DNA of 63,768 bases, filler included, from Craspedostauros australis (Eukaryota), in NCBI GenBank assembly GCA_030167865.1. It is 9 parts of 9 records of this genome, joined end to end, with 100 filler letters (N's around TTAATTAATTAA, not from the genome) between each part and the next. Parts side by side here need not be neighbours in the genome. Positions count along the whole stretch, not along the records: positions 13,030 to 29,577 come from JALAGF010004877.1; 8 more parts are not named here. One strand, given 5' to 3'. This document shows positions 13,030 through 27,042 of this stretch, piece after piece. The notes beneath the pieces are model-generated. The model was not told the DNA's origin, ran no database searches, and saw only the letters and a program-made list of their open reading frames with translations. Both the position numbers and the translations under genes were made by a program. Numbering within the stretch: position 1 is the stretch's first letter; every line of letters begins with the position of its first letter.

Positions 13030-13730
13030 GACGGATTAGAGACCTCAAACTTCGTGGCCGTACCCTTTGGAGTGTGCTTGGAGTGATGCGGTTGGTAGAA
13101 TCAAGTATGCTTGACCTTTTGCATGCACATAGAACCAACACAATACACACTGCGACCGAATGGTATCACAGGAACTGACTACATGTGATCTGAATCTCCT
13201 TCCAGTTGGATGTAGAATGTTCAAGGTAGGGACATGCCAATGGCTGATGTCAGTATGCAATATAGCAGGTCCGACCCTCTGCTCAACAGGATTCATCAAC
13301 AGCATCATGAACTAGAGTACTCTACGCTGTCCAACAGGGAAATGGTTGATGTGTCGACTTCGTGGCTAAATTATTATTTTCGAGTCTGTCGCAGTGATAC
13401 GCCGGCCATTTCATTGATCCAATCATCGTGCCAGGCACCAAAACGACCTGGTTAGTGAACTTTGGCCTCAAAAACGACCTGGTTAGTGAATTTGCTCGAT
13501 TCCTTTCCCATACACGCGCTACCTATGCCAAGCAATGTACTCGAATCGTACTAGCATGTGTGGCAGGGACGCTCCATCCACAAGCGCAGAGCGCCATACT
13601 TCACAGCACTGATGTGTATCATATCTGCACATCCCATCCTATTATATCTTTCGTTCAAAAGTTCCATAGTTCTATTATATGAGTATATTGTATTGTATTG
13701 TATTGTACAACCAATTATTATACCATACAT

Positions 13731-14411
13731 CTACGAACTTGATCCAAATGGCCACCACGACGATCCCGACTGCTGCTGCGGCGACGATGCGCTCGACGAA
13801 GATCCTTCCGTGGAGAATGTGGTCTCCGTCGCGTACGGATCAAATCCACCCGACGACGATGGCGGTGGCGACGACGGTGGTGGCGGCAACCCGCGAGCAC
13901 CACCCCCGGACGACGGAAACAACCCACCGGCCGTGGGCGGCGCCGTCGGATCCATCCGCTGCGACGCCAGCATATCATCGGCCGACGGCGGCGCCATCAT
14001 GCGCGTCATCATGATGCCCATGCCTTCGATCAACGCCAGCAGCACGCCGCCCACGACGGCCGCGCTGGCCATGGCGCGAGGACCCGCGCGACCCGCCAGA
14101 ATGCCGCCCGTCGCGGCGCCGCTCACGATGGAGTTCCACGGATCCTCCTTCTGCCGGATGGCCGTCAACGAGCAATCGCAGCACGCGAAGAGGCCGCCCC
14201 AGACGGCGAACTGTCCGCCCAGCACGGGGGCGCGGGCCTGGACGGCGCTCAGGGAACCGCTGAGCCGCGCGCCGCTGGGGGCCAAGCGGGCGCCCTTGAT
14301 GGAGTGCCAGATGCCGCCGCCGATGTTGCCCATGCAGAACGCGCCGCCCACATCATCCACGATGCGCCACGGGCATGGTTCTCTGTCGGCCAATCCGGAT
14401 TGTCGCGGCAT
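13731..14411 (-). CDS. TIM17: Mitochondrial inner membrane translocase subunit Tim17
   Basis: [54 protein letters not shown] and [10 protein letters not shown] are all Tim17 signatures. Single exon with a Pro/Ser-rich tail. Confidence 0.95.
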   Translation of the reverse strand: MPRQSGLADREPCPWRIVDDVGGAFCMGNIGGGIWHSIKGARLAPSGARLSGSLSAVQARAPVLGGQFAVWGGLFACCDCSLTAIRQKEDPWNSIVSGAATGGILAGRAGPRAMASAAVVGGVLLALIEGMGIMMTRMMAPPSADDMLASQRMDPTAPPTAGGLFPSSGGGARGLPPPPSSPPPSSSGGFDPYATETTFSTEGSSSSASSPQQQSGSSWWPFGSSS

Positions 14412-14960
14412 TGTCTTCGTCCTTTGTTGCTTTCGTCGTCTCTTTTACTCTGCGCAATGTTATGCTATGGTATGCTATGTTATGCTATTCTATGATGTGC
14501 TATGTGTGGTGGTGTTTTGTTGGACTTGCACCCGAGCCTGCTTCTCTTCTTCATCGGCTGTTTGGCGATGATGCCGCCATCGCGAACTCTTTTCTTCCAT
14601 GTGTTTCGGTGTGGGTCATGCTGTGGTTGTGGTTTGGTCGGATCCAGTCATGCGATGCAAAGAGAAGGAATGTCGGTGGCATGGACGGACGACATGGCAA
14701 AACCGGCCTGTCGACTCGTTGGATTGCTTGCAAACCAACAAAATCAAAACAAGAAACAGGAACCAAATTCACCTCATCACAAATTGGGTTGTTCCATCCA
14801 TCGCCATCATCATCATCGTCATTCACGACATTGTTGACGACATCGTTGGCAACATCGTTGGCAACATCATCATGGGAAGAGTCCTCTTGACGGATCATCA
14901 ACACAGATACAGATACGATACAGATACACAGATACGTGCAGAGTATAGTAGATTACCACC

Positions 14961-17900
14961 ATGACGACAACGGCCAAACACCCGCGCTCCATCGCGGACG
15001 ACGCCGATCTGCTGGAGGTCATCGATGCCTCCAACACGGTGGATCTGCACAAATCCAATTTGATGCGATTGCAGGTCGATGAATTGCTGACGGAATGCCA
15101 CATCCATCTGGCCGATACCAAATGGTCCGCCGATGCGCAGACCTACATTCAGACGCTGCTGGCTGTTATCGGCAAGATGCCCGATATTCGATGCGCCAAT
15201 CGCCAGCATCAGGCCGATAAGATGATGGACGTGCAGCTGCAGGCCAAGCAGCTGCTCGTGGAGCCGTTTGGCTTGACGAAGACACCGGCAGGATGGACGA
15301 AGCCGTCCGGCGATGCGCATGTGCTGCCGACCTTCACGTTCTTCGTCAAATTGCCATCGGCTCTGTTCGGTGCCAAGGATTATCTCAATCATCGCTACTT
15401 TGATGTAAGTGGAGAAATGCAGTAGTATTTGTGCGACTCTGTACATTTGAATGAAATGGGATGAAATGGAATGGAGTGCAGGCAACAATCCTATTCAAGC
15501 TGCTGCAGAACACACCACTCCGCCCCTGACCATTGTTGAAGGAACATGAATCGCAAGCTCCACGCCAATGCAAGCTTCTGACGTCGTCCACCTCCTCCGT
15601 TCCTACCACGACATCTACCCATCACCTCCATTCTCACTCGCAGAAATGCCAAATTGTGAGAGACTCGGTGGCGAAGCATCTCGCAAAGCATGCAAAGCAG
15701 CTCGGTACCATCACATTCCAACAAGGGTCCGATGGACGCAACGCACCCTACCTTCAACTCGTTCCCAATGCCAACAACAGCAGCGAAAAGAAGAAGAAGA
15801 AACGCAAACCATCATCGTCATCATCCACGAAGCGATCGAAATTTCAGATCCACCTCCATTTCGGCATGGAGTCCATCGATTGGATCCAACCCCAGCTGCG
15901 TCTCGTGCCCAACAGATGCAACATCAAGGCATCCATCACCAACAATCCCAGCGACACCTGCAGATTCTCCTCGCTCTTCGCATCGCAAATGTACAATCAT
16001 GAATTGGCGCATCAGGCACGTCATCGCTTCCTCGATCGCAACTTGTCGGAGCTCGGGGATCATCTCGCGCTCGCAAAGACGCTCATTCTGCTGCAGGTGT
16101 GGTGTCTGCAACGTGGTCTGTGGAGGAATCATGACGGATGGTCCAAGGAAAGCTTCGGCGTGCTCCTCGTCTACCTCCTGCGCACCCATCATTTGAACGC
16201 CCGCATGACGCCGGTCCAGATCATGACGATCGTGCTCCAGTTTCTCGTCTCCACCAGCTGGCTCGGCAGTTCCAACAGCAACAACAACAAACAACAATCC
16301 GACGATCGATTCCGCGCTTCCCAAAATGAGATCAAGCACGAGATGGAACGCGACAGCAAACGAACCGTCCTGGTCCTTCCGTTGGATGGTGGAATGACGG
16401 AACAGCAGACCATCCGCAAATCCAAGCTGGCGGCTACGTACCAGCAGCAGACGAAGGAATCACCATTGACCGACAACGATCCCAAGACGTTGTTGCAGGC
16501 CTACGCATCCACCGCCACGTACCATCTCGGACCGGTCTTTTTGGATCCCACAATGACATACAATTACTTGGGTTTCGTCTCGCCCAACTACATGCGCACG
16601 CTGCAACTGCATGCCCAGCACAGTCTGCAGTACATCCAGACCAAGAATGCATTCACGCGTCTCTTCTTGACGCCATCGCGATTTTGGCAGCAGTGGGATG
16701 TCTACGTGCGCATTCCATGCAACAAGCAAAAGGCGACGACGTGGGAGGCATCGACACGGCGGTTGCTGCGGACCTTGCGGCGGGCATTGAACAATCGTGT
16801 GCGCGGCATGCGGGTGCTCAGCACCGGGAATGGTGATCTTGATAAGGGTGCGGCAGCGTCCAACAACGATGGCAGCATGGATATCGCCGATAGCATTCCA
16901 ACGTTCGCCGTCAACAAGGGAAGCAAACATGCCGTCGATTATCATCGCTCGCCAACGGCCACCGATTCCATCATCTTGGGATTGGCGTTGGATCCGGAAA
17001 CGAGCCAACGATTGGTCGACCGGGGTCCACCGTCGGATCAAATCGAACAGGTGCAGGACTTCGTGTCGCTGTGGGGTGACATGGCGCAGCTGCGTCGATT
17101 CAAGGACGGCGCGATCGTCCAGGCCGTCATTTGGACGGAGAGTGGTGCGAACGCGTACCAAAACGAGGACAAACTGCAAGGTTCTATCGTGCAGCGCATC
17201 GTGCGTCACATCGTCAAGACGCATTACACCAAATCGGATGTGCAATTCTCATTCCCGCAGCTCCTGTCGGCCATCGATGGCGTCAAGACGACCGTCAAAA
17301 CGGAAGTGCCTTACAGCGATCCGATCTCCGCGCACCGCAACCTCATGAAGACGTTCGAAACGCTGGCGGAGTACTTGAAGAAGAATTCGCAGCCGGCGTT
17401 GCCAGGTGAGCGAGGTCCTGGCAATTCGCTAGGCTTGCCACTTCCTATCAACGCGGTGCAACCTCTGTCTCCCGCCCTGCGGTATTCCGAGCTATTCCCG
17501 CCGCTCCCTCATCCATTCTTGGGCGGACAGTCGTTCGGGCAGAAGAAAGTAAGCGGCGCCGTCACGTCGAATCCCATTCTGATCCAGATCCGATTCGGCG
17601 CTTCATCTAAATGGCCCACGGATTTCAAGGCGATGGGGGCTGCGAAGACGGCCATGCTGTTGCAAGTCGCCAAGGGCATTGAGGACAGCAACGCACCGGG
17701 CTTTTCGGGGCACAATGTCGTCACACCGAGCTACTTTGAATTCGGGTACAAGGGATACTGCTTCCGCACGATCGTGCGTGCCGATCAAGAAATGAACGTC
17801 CTTCAGAATCTCTATCAGCCAACTCCCGAAGCACTGTCCACCTTGCTGCATCTGCAGCAGAAGCACATCGTCGCCTCGCTGCATCATGCCACCATCCATT

Positions 17901-19195
17901 CCGTGCACACCTTGCATCCGTCAGCGAGCGCCGTCGTGCGGCTGGCGCAACGTTGGGTGGCAGGACACTTGCTTTCCGGCCATATCTCCATCGAAATCAT
18001 CGAGCTGATCGCAGCAAAGGTGTACTCCGACAACCCCATGTCACCATTGGGACCGCCATCATCGGCCGCGACGGGATTCCTGCAGTGGCTGCGACTGCTG
18101 GCGAAGCACGATTGGGAGAAGAGTCCGTTGATTGTGGATCCACGTGAATACATCTCGGAGGATGATGCCGATGACATCGTGACGCAATTCCACAGAATCC
18201 GAGGCGACTCTTCGTCCGACACCCCATCTGGCCTTCCCATGTACATCATCGCGCCCTTCAACCGACCAATTCGCAAGGCGGACGGGGACGACGATGACAA
18301 CAACGTCGGCAATGTCACCGGCAATGCCAATGCTGGTGGCAGTGGCAATGGCAGCAACGACAAGCAAAAGAACAAGGACCAATGGACTCCGAGCATCAAA
18401 TCGCCGGAATGGGTCGTCTTGTACCGTGCCAGGGCATTAGCGCAGCGATCCCACAACTTCCTCATGCAGAACAGCTTGAAATCGTTGGAATCACAGTCGG
18501 CATGGGAATCCATCTTCCACGAGTCGGCATCCTCGTTCCAATCCTACAGCGCCCTGATGCGTGTGGATCCGGACTTTGTCTTCGACAAGGTATCCTCGTC
18601 GACGGGTGGAGAGTCCTTGGGATTGGTCCCGTCAGAGTCGGCAACGACCGCGATGGCATCTGCGTATACGCGTAGTCTCCAGGCAAGATGCTTGATAGGT
18701 CCCAAGCCACTGAGGAAGAACTGCTATCGCAATTTGCAAAACGACGCGACGATCCTTCTGCATTGGACGCCGATCGAAGAGTTGATGACCAAGCTGCAAG
18801 ACGAGTTCGGACATCTGGCGCTGTTCTTTTGCAACTACCTGTCGCCGGAAGTCATTGGTGTTGTGTGGCGTCCCAAGGTGATCACGGAATCGCAACGATT
18901 CTCCGTCATGGCATCGGAGTACGCGCACCCGGTGTCTTACGAATGGAAGTCCGACACGATGATCAAGCGGAGCCAGTCCGACATCCTGCGTGACATGAAG
19001 CAGTACTACAACAACATCGTGACGACGGTGAAGGTCATGGTGGAAGATTCGACACCGGAGGTGACTCCGAACAAATCGAAGAAGAATGTTGCATCTGACG
19101 ATTCTGATTCCGACGACAGCGATGGCGATGGCGGCGCAGCCAAGACCAGTAAGAAGCGAGCACACAGCAAGTCTCCCAAACGTCAGAAGCGGTGA
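14961..19195 (+). CDS. NOL6: Nucleolar protein 6 / U3 snoRNP-associated Utp22 (Nrap); 2 exons (14961-15404, 15644-19195), about 1331 aa
   Basis: SNLMRLQVDELL; KDYLNHRYFD|K across a phase-0 GTAAGT..CAG intron; VDRGPP..FVSLWGDMAQLRRFKDGAI; SSKWPTD; VIGVVWRP; basic NLS-like C-terminus. Confidence 0.92.
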
Positions 19196-19457
19196 GACTC
19201 TCATGGAGCTATGTACGTGGACGTGTACATGGACAGTACAAAGCTAAATAGCTGCTGAACTTTGACTGTGATACGCATGCATCGCCACACAAGTACCATA
19301 CATAGACAGCATCGAATTCCATGTGATTACACCCTATCTCAACGTCGTACGAGTCTGACGTGGTTGGAGTAAAGCACTAGTAAGCTCAATGGATCGATTT
19401 AACTTGAGAACCACATCGCAATCTGTCTTGTACGACCGGCATGCCACTGGGGAAGCT

Positions 19458-22400
19458 CTACTTGTTTCCCTCCAGCAAGTCGACCGGCGTGAGACCCTTG
19501 GCATCTCGGTCGGTGTGCGGGACACCAGACTTCATGAGCAGTTTGGTGATGTCTTCGTTGCGCTGTTCGAACGCCCACCACATCGGCCCGCGTCCATCCT
19601 GACTGCGGATGAAGGCGACGGTTGGATCGTCCTTCAGCCACAGTCGGAGCTCCTCGACCTGGTTGGACGAGATGAGCTGCCACATCTTCGTGGTGTACTC
19701 CGTGTCCTCCCACGTGTTGTAGATGGTGTCAACGTCCTTCTTCTGCTGCGCTGCAGATTCGGCGCTGTTGACGTCATCCTCCTTCCGCTTTGTCTCCCGC
19801 TCCAAGTCTCTGGCACGCTGGGCTGCCTTCTGCGGATTGTTGAGCGCCTCGAAGTATTGCTTCTGATACTCCTCGTCGGCATCGGCGCGGTTGAAATCTT
19901 CGAGCTGCGCAAAGTCCTTCTTACGCTGCAGGATGTCGGAAAGGCCCGGTGGGTACTTTCCAGGGCAGAACCAGCTGCCTGGCACGTCGCAGACCCTGTT
20001 GGCCGGGTCCTCCACCCAAGCTCTGGACTCTTGCGAGACGTTGGAGATCTTGTAGACGCGGACCTTGCCGTACTTGGAACGGAACACCTCGTGGAAGAGG
20101 CGTTCGTCGACCTCGACACCTGGCTTGATTTGATTTCCATGGAGCTGGTACAACAACGACCGCTCCATCATGGGGGACGGTGTTCCTTGACGATCCTGTG
20201 GATATCATAGCAGCGTGTAGGTACGCATTGGAATATGCAGGTTTTCGGTTTCGAATTCGGTCCAAGTATGTTCAAAGACGTGTTAGAGCAGCGTGTTGAA
20301 GAAATGCAGAGTGTTGTGTTTGAGAGTGGGAGGAGCAACAAGCAACAAACGAAGCAAATTGAGGTTGGTGAGAGTCCTGCCACGAGGATGATCCACGATG
20401 ATTTCAAAACAGAGGGAATATTGGTAACAACCAATACAGTCCAGTCCAACCCAATCACCAACTCCACACAATTGCGCACCACACAATTCTACAAACCACT
20501 TACGACGAAACCAAATGCGCGACAGGTCGGATCGCCTGCCGGACAATGATCACGGTAGACCGAATTGGCGATGCGAGCCAAGTGGGGACTCTTGGCCAGA
20601 TCGTCGCCACCTCCGCCACCCCAGATGAGGACGTAATCCGCCAGATGGCGTGCGATTTCGTGCCCCTCTTTGATTTCGGCAGTAAGGGCCTTGCCCAACA
20701 AGGCGATGTGCTCGTGATTCCAGGTGTTGCCATCGGCCAGGGTGGTGCGGTTGGCGATGGCCGTGATTTGGTATCCGTAATCCCACCATGCCATGATGCG
20801 GGCATCCGGTGGCGTGTTGTCGCGCAGGTACCAGTAGGCCTCGCGGTAGTCGTCGACCTTGATGACGGTGCCGTCGCGCAGGCGCGCCTTGATGATGATG
20901 GTTGGGTTCATGAGGTCCTGGCTGATGCGCCAGCAATAGAAGTTGAAGTTGGCACCGAGGATGTAACCCAACACGACGAGGAGGAGTGCGACGCTGCGCT
21001 TGGCGAACAATCCTTCGCTGCTGCCCAAGGCATCGGTGACGGCGGTTTGGAGCGATTCGAGGCTATCATCCTTGCCCTTGGAGGCATTCGCCTTGGACAT
21101 GCCCACCTGCTTGGCCTTGGCGGCCTTGCGCTGCTTCTTGGTCATGGTGGGTTCATCTGCCGCGGCGTCGGATGCTGCATTGGACGACGATGCGTCACCC
21201 GCATTCTCCGAGTCGCTCTCCCACCACTGCTTGAGAGCCCATGCGAAGAGACGACCAGCCGCAAGACCTCCCAACGTGGATCCGATGGGAGCTGTGAGGA
21301 GGATGAGCCGCACCATTCTGTGAGAAAAGAAGTAGGTGAGGGAACCCCAGATGAGCAAGAATGACGACGAATCCGACAAGTTGGCCATGACCATGAGGAA
21401 CCCGATCGGCGCCAAGGAGCAGACATGATGCAAGTACTGGAAGTAGGCCTGCGACGATGCCGGTTGATGCTCGGCGACGCTGTCGACCAACGGGTTTCCG
21501 GTCTTCGTGTGCTTGACGAAGAGACCGCGCACACGCGAGGAGATGGGTCCGAAGTATCCCTTCGGTGCGACGGTAGCGGTGACGAGACAGAACGCCACGA
21601 AGGCTCCTCCGAAGACCTGGACGCGCAGCTTCCACGCATCCTTGCGCGACAGCTCCTTGCGCTTGCGCACCACCTCGCAGAAGTAGAGCAGCTGGTATCC
21701 CAGGAACACGGCGCAGGGGCCGAGCTGCTCCAGGCTCTTCAAGGGGGTCCATCCCACAACCGGGATTTGGATCGCCAAGGACGTGCCGACGACGTAGAAG
21801 AGGGAATAGGACATCCATATCTTTTTGGAGAAGCGGCCCGTGAGGACGAGCATGGTGGCGTGCAGACCGATCAAGTTGAGGACGAAGACGTAGCCACCCC
21901 AGGCGGCGACCATGTAGAAGTACGCCAGGCCGCAGATGGCGCCGATCCACGCGGATGATTCGTTGCGCAAGCTGCGCACCCAGAAGTAGAAGGTGGAGAC
22001 CATGGCCGTGACGGCGACGGACTCGTTGTCGTATCCGCCACCGACGCTGCGCATGAGATGTGCCGGGACGATGGACATCATGGCCATGGCGAAGATGCAG
22101 CTCTCCAGCGCGGGAGTGTGCAGACCCAGGATGACGGGCGGTGTTGTGCATGGCGTTTCGACGATATTCTTTCCCTGGATGAGGTCCCAGGCCCACTGCG
22201 CCAGATTGGAGGAGTTGATCGGGACGGAGCATTCGTAAGCGATGAGACCGACGAAGACGGTCGCGATGGCACCAAACCACGCAGGGATGTAGCAGCAAAC
22301 ATCATTGAGAGGCCAGTCCGTGAGGAGGTAGCGCTTGATGTAGACGGCCGTGAATTGCATTCCAGGGTAGATGGTGGTTCCCACAGGGCGTCCCAGCGGA

Positions 22401-22978
22401 TACCAGGACATGTAGTCGAACCACTGGAAGAATTCCTTTGCCCCGTGTTCGTACAAGTACTGTTGCGTGTGGGTATGGATATGAGTTTGGATATGTGTGT
22501 GGGAGACATACAGGGAGAGATAGAAAGATGGGCGTTGCGTGTGAATTAAGCCATTGGAGCATAATAGGTGCCGTAAGATTTGAATGAGAGATGGGATGCG
22601 GGACATTGTGAGATGATGTTGTGCGGGTCATTATTGCAATGAATGGATTCCATTGAGTCCTTCAACGACATGTCCCCAACAATCCCATGGACCATGCAAT
22701 AGACAATACAATAGACAATGCAATGAATGACTCACCTCGGTGGCACGGTAGTTGAAGTAAGGATCGAATTCATGGATGACAGGTCCGAACTCCTTGATGG
22801 CACCCAAACGGATCTGGTATGCATTCTGGACGATGATCGTGGCCGCGTACGCCGCGATGCCGAACCAGACGGATCCAAAGAGGAAGCCGGAGATGGACGA
22901 GGATGCCGGCGCCGACGTCTTGGTGGAGGTGGATCCTCCACGGATCGTCGTCGTCTTTGTGATCTTGGTGGCTGGCAT
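19458..22978 (-). CDS. STT3: Oligosaccharyltransferase catalytic subunit STT3 with C-terminal ankyrin-repeat extension; 3 exons (22978-22736, 22459-20504, 20195-19458), about 978 aa
   Basis: IHEFDPYFNYRATE, RSVGGGYDNE, DSVAEHQP, AWWDYGYQI, DGNTWNHEHI and DDLAKSPHLARI motifs. Both introns are phase 0 with GTGAGT/GTAAGT donors and CAG acceptors. The tail DGRGPMWWAFE..LLMKSGV..DAKGLTP is ankyrin-like. Confidence 0.95.
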
Positions 22979-25066
22979 TGTTGGGTGGATGCTCGTTGTC
23001 TGCTCGAACGCCACTTGGTCGGCTCTTTCTTGATCCGTGCTGTCCACACTTTTCGCACAATCTGCTTGCGAACCAATATAATGCTGATCAAAGATTACAG
23101 ATCACAACTCTCAATGGATGCTCTGCTGCTGGATGGTCCGGTGCGGTGGCCCCCTTATTCAAACTGCCGATACTCTGCTACGGTATGGCCGACTGCCGTT
23201 CCTGGTGCTCTACTGACGCTCCTTGTGGATAATAGGAGTACCTTCGATGCTTGATCTCGGGTAATGCAAAGTAGGTCTGGTTGGGCACAAGAGATGGCGC
23301 GACCGGATGTGATGAGCTGCGAGCGACCTCTCCAATCTTGTTTGTTTTGTGGTTGTGGATGGTGGATGGTGTGTGGTGCGTTTTTTTCTCGTTTCGTTTC
23401 GTTTGTGCGTTGCGGTGTTGTGCACAAAGATCCGTTGCAAACAACAATCGTTCGATTCCCTTCGCCGCATTTGTGATCCAGTGGATCAATCGGACAAGGC
23501 TAGTTGGATTTTAGGTAGTTCCGTGTAATAGTGTGTAGTAGAGAGTCCTGGTTGGATCGAACAGTTTCGCTCAACTTTGCTATTTCACATGCCAGGTAAC
23601 TCCAACAGTCCCGCCAAATGAGATCTCCACGCGGAAGAAATGGGTGTTGACAATTTCTTACCCAATCATAGACGCACACTTTCACTATATTCGCATCTTC
23701 GTTGTTCTTGGATTTACTTGTTTCTTCCATAGACTATAGTCGATGTGAATGGTTCGAGTCAGCCAAGTTGCAGCATGTGCGAAGCTGGCCTTGCGTCTGC
23801 GCAAGCCTCACGCTCAGACAGGCAATTCCACACATGTCAAGACATGGTTTGGAGAAATTTGTAGTTGGTGTTGTACCATCTAAATTATAGTCTTTAACTA
23901 TTCGCTGTAGGTGCTTTTGTGCCACCTCGCTTATTCTACATGAGTCGTCCAGCGGGAATGAATGATGTTGGGTAGGTCGCTGTCCTTGTGGTGTATTAGA
24001 TAGTGTGCATGAGATAGTGGAGGCGTAGTTAGAGCATGCACGGTACGCTAAGCGTCACTGGACGTCAATGGAAGGAGACAGGGCGGCGCTCATGCGGTCA
24101 GCTGCAGGGCTCCAGCTCGCGGGCTAGGAGACGCGATGACGCATCCACGCTATTTGCGCCAGGGGAATGATGGCTGCGATGTGGGGTATGGCATTTAGCA
24201 GAGTGAGGAGCCATTCTGCTTGTCATGGTTCCGACGTTGGGACCTGCTGGGCGAGCTGGCGAAGGTGGGTGGGGACGGGCCATGGCAGCAGCTCTTGGAG
24301 GGCTTGGCAGTAGAATCGCATGTGCTGGGACATCACATCGCGCTCTCCTTCCTCGCAAAGCGCGTGGTTCCGACTAGACCGCTGTTGCAGCGCCATGTGC
24401 CATCGCTCGTGGGTCACCTTTGCCTGCCAGTGGATGGGCTGGCGGCGGCCTGGGGATGGAGGAGGGTTGAGGCTGTGGTTGGGAGAAGTCTAGAGTGAGA
24501 ACACATGCAAGGCAAGTGCTACATGTGACCTGCCTGCCAGAAACACTGGAACGGAGTAGGAGGCAACGATACCAACAAGCACAAACAGGCATGTGGAAGC
24601 GCTGAGCATTCATTTTTGTTTGCTGTGAATGGGAACAACAAGTAGATAAGAACGAACTTCCTATTGTCATAGTCTTCCACCAAGGAAGGCTTCTCAACAG
24701 CATAGATAAGGCTAGACAGTCTAGATGACGTCATCATATGATAACTATGATTTATTTTGGTCCTTCCAAGATTCAATGTCACAGTGAAGCTTTGGGGAGG
24801 CTCCCAAATCCGTGTCACATCGACAGGTTCAGGGGATGGCTTAAAGTTACAAGCAATAACTCTCTAAAGTTGCAACCTGGACCGACTTCAAGAGGAAATC
24901 GTGTGACGTCGAGGTGTACAAGGAGAAACATAGGTGGAAAGGAAGTTTGTTTGTTTGTTTGTTTGTTTGTTATAGTATTTGGTTGTAAAGTGAAAGCTTT
25001 GTGATTTTATGGTTATTGATGGATCATCCGAATGAATGGGAGCAGAATGAACAGCGTGAATGGCAA

Positions 25067-26168
25067 TAGAGGCCTATCGCATTTCACATTCACACCCCTG
25101 TGTTCATGTCACATGTGGCACTCACGTTCGGATTTCACATTGGTACTCGTGACTCGTTCGTGACCTATACAGAAAGACGACCAACATGACTGAATCGGCT
25201 TCTCTTCTGTAGAATAGAGCTCTAGTTTAGACTGCTCTGATATGAATGCTCCTTGCATGTTATCGCATCACTTGTTGAGACCAAAGGTTGATAGGATCAT
25301 TAATGGGTGTGCTCTGAGTTGCACGCAACGCACATCTCTCTTTCTTCTCGTGGGGGCTTCGTGTTCTGAGAGTTTCGCTGCCATCTCTTCTGTCTCAACT
25401 TTGCTACTAACAGAGGTCCGGTAACATATGCGCAAGCACTTTGTCCCTGCTGATTCATAACCTATTCAAGGCTCTGTTGCCAATGTCGATGACAGAGACC
25501 TCTTGATCACTGTATCATGGAGATGGATCAGCAGTTTGTTGTCCAATAGAAGGTCTCCACACAGTCTACACAGAACTATTGCGATTGCGCGTTGGGTTGG
25601 TTGGAGACCAACAACGACTTCCAATATGGCAGTCAGGATCTCCAAAAGATGCAAAATGCGCGTTGGTCGAAGTCCCTGGTCGTATCTGACTACACCAGTC
25701 CTCAGAGCATCAGGAACACGCCGCGGATGTTGTATCGGGTGAAATAGGATATGAGCAAATATTCCTCAGCTGGATCATGAAGGGGTCGCTTTATATTTGC
25801 GCGCAGATACTATATGTGAAGCTTACAGGCACATTCGACATCGTAATCGCTCTCTATCGCTCCGTGCACCTCTCATTCGGAATTCTAGTTTCATCATCAC
25901 TAGCATCTCAAAAAATATCATTGTCACGACAAGGACGACTCAACATTTCTGCAAATGAAGAGAAATGATTGGCCATTGTTTTCGTTCCAACACGTGGAAG
26001 GTTGGATTGCCGGGACTGCAATGTGAAACTCAATTGTGTTTTTGGCTCCTAAAACGCAATCGAGTTTCACTTTCCGAGGGGGAAGTTCGCATGTTGCCCC
26101 TCTAAAAATGTCATTATCAGGTTATTTTGTACCGTGGGACTCCCAATGTGAAATGCGATAGGCCTCTA
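25067..26168. mobile_element. About 1.1-kb non-autonomous DNA transposon with perfect terminal inverted repeats
   Basis: TAGAGGCCTATCGCATTTCACATT (25067-25090) is the exact reverse complement of 26145-26168. The ends read either as AAT|AGAGG..CCTCT|AAT (3-bp TSD) or as TA|GAGG..CCTC|TA. No transposase ORF inside. Confidence 0.85.
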
Positions 26169-27042
26169 ATGTAGTACACATTTTCACCATGCAATCCCAC
26201 ATGACTTCAGGATGTTCGATGATCGATTGTGCCTGTTTCGACAAGTTGTTTCATGCAATGCATCGCCCACAGGTGTGTTTTCCATGCCTGTCCACTCATG
26301 CCAAGACCAGAGGTCTTGGGAGATCTTTGTTTGATGATGCAGGCATGCAATTGGTCTTGGATGAGAAATGTGATGTTAGCACAGGGCAATGTTGGAATCC
26401 TGTGGCATGCATCAGTTAGTATGTCTTGACAGTAGCACGTTGCATACATAAAGGAGGTGTATCTTGGCTTTCCTGCATGGAGGTGGAAGATCACATTGGG
26501 CAGTCTTGGTTTAATTCCCACGCTAACACAATTGTGATGTCGATGGTCAGTTTTCGTCCGTGCAAAACACAAGACTGCACAGAAGGTATCAACCACGACA
26601 TTTTGGACCCCTTTGATTAAAATCAATAGGGTGTCTCAATATTTTCTATGGTAGGCCATTAGCTCTAACTAGGCTATTTCGTTCATTTCATCTGGCCCGC
26701 GTGCTTGTCTTCGACTACGTTGACTCATTCAGCCTACAGCGTCACACAGTTTCCCTGTATCTTTCGTGACGTCAGTGAGCACGGTTTTCAACAATCCAAC
26801 AACGAATCTTTCCTTGTTGATGTGTTGTTGGCACGTTGACAACAAGAACAGAAAAGCCATCAACCACCAACTGCCATCGTGCGCTCCACCGCATCATCAT
26901 CACTTGCAGCAGCAGCAGCAGCAGCAGCAGCAGGTTTCCAAGCAAAAGATCTTTCTTCTTGTTGGCGTCATCACAAACACAACATCGATCCTACACAAGT
27001 ACCCACCAAACGAACAAACGAACACTCAATCCAACGATCATC

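Noticed and set aside
8329..22298. Long alternative-frame and antisense ORFs over real genes (e.g. 8329-9264, 13558-14571, 19389-20210, 20546-21364, 21195-22298)
   Set aside because: Shadow ORFs caused by high GC3 codon bias in the true genes.
24098..24500. GC-rich patch with a C..H..C pattern suggesting a LINE relic
   Set aside because: Incomplete motif and no RT or RNase H signature; cannot be supported without a search.
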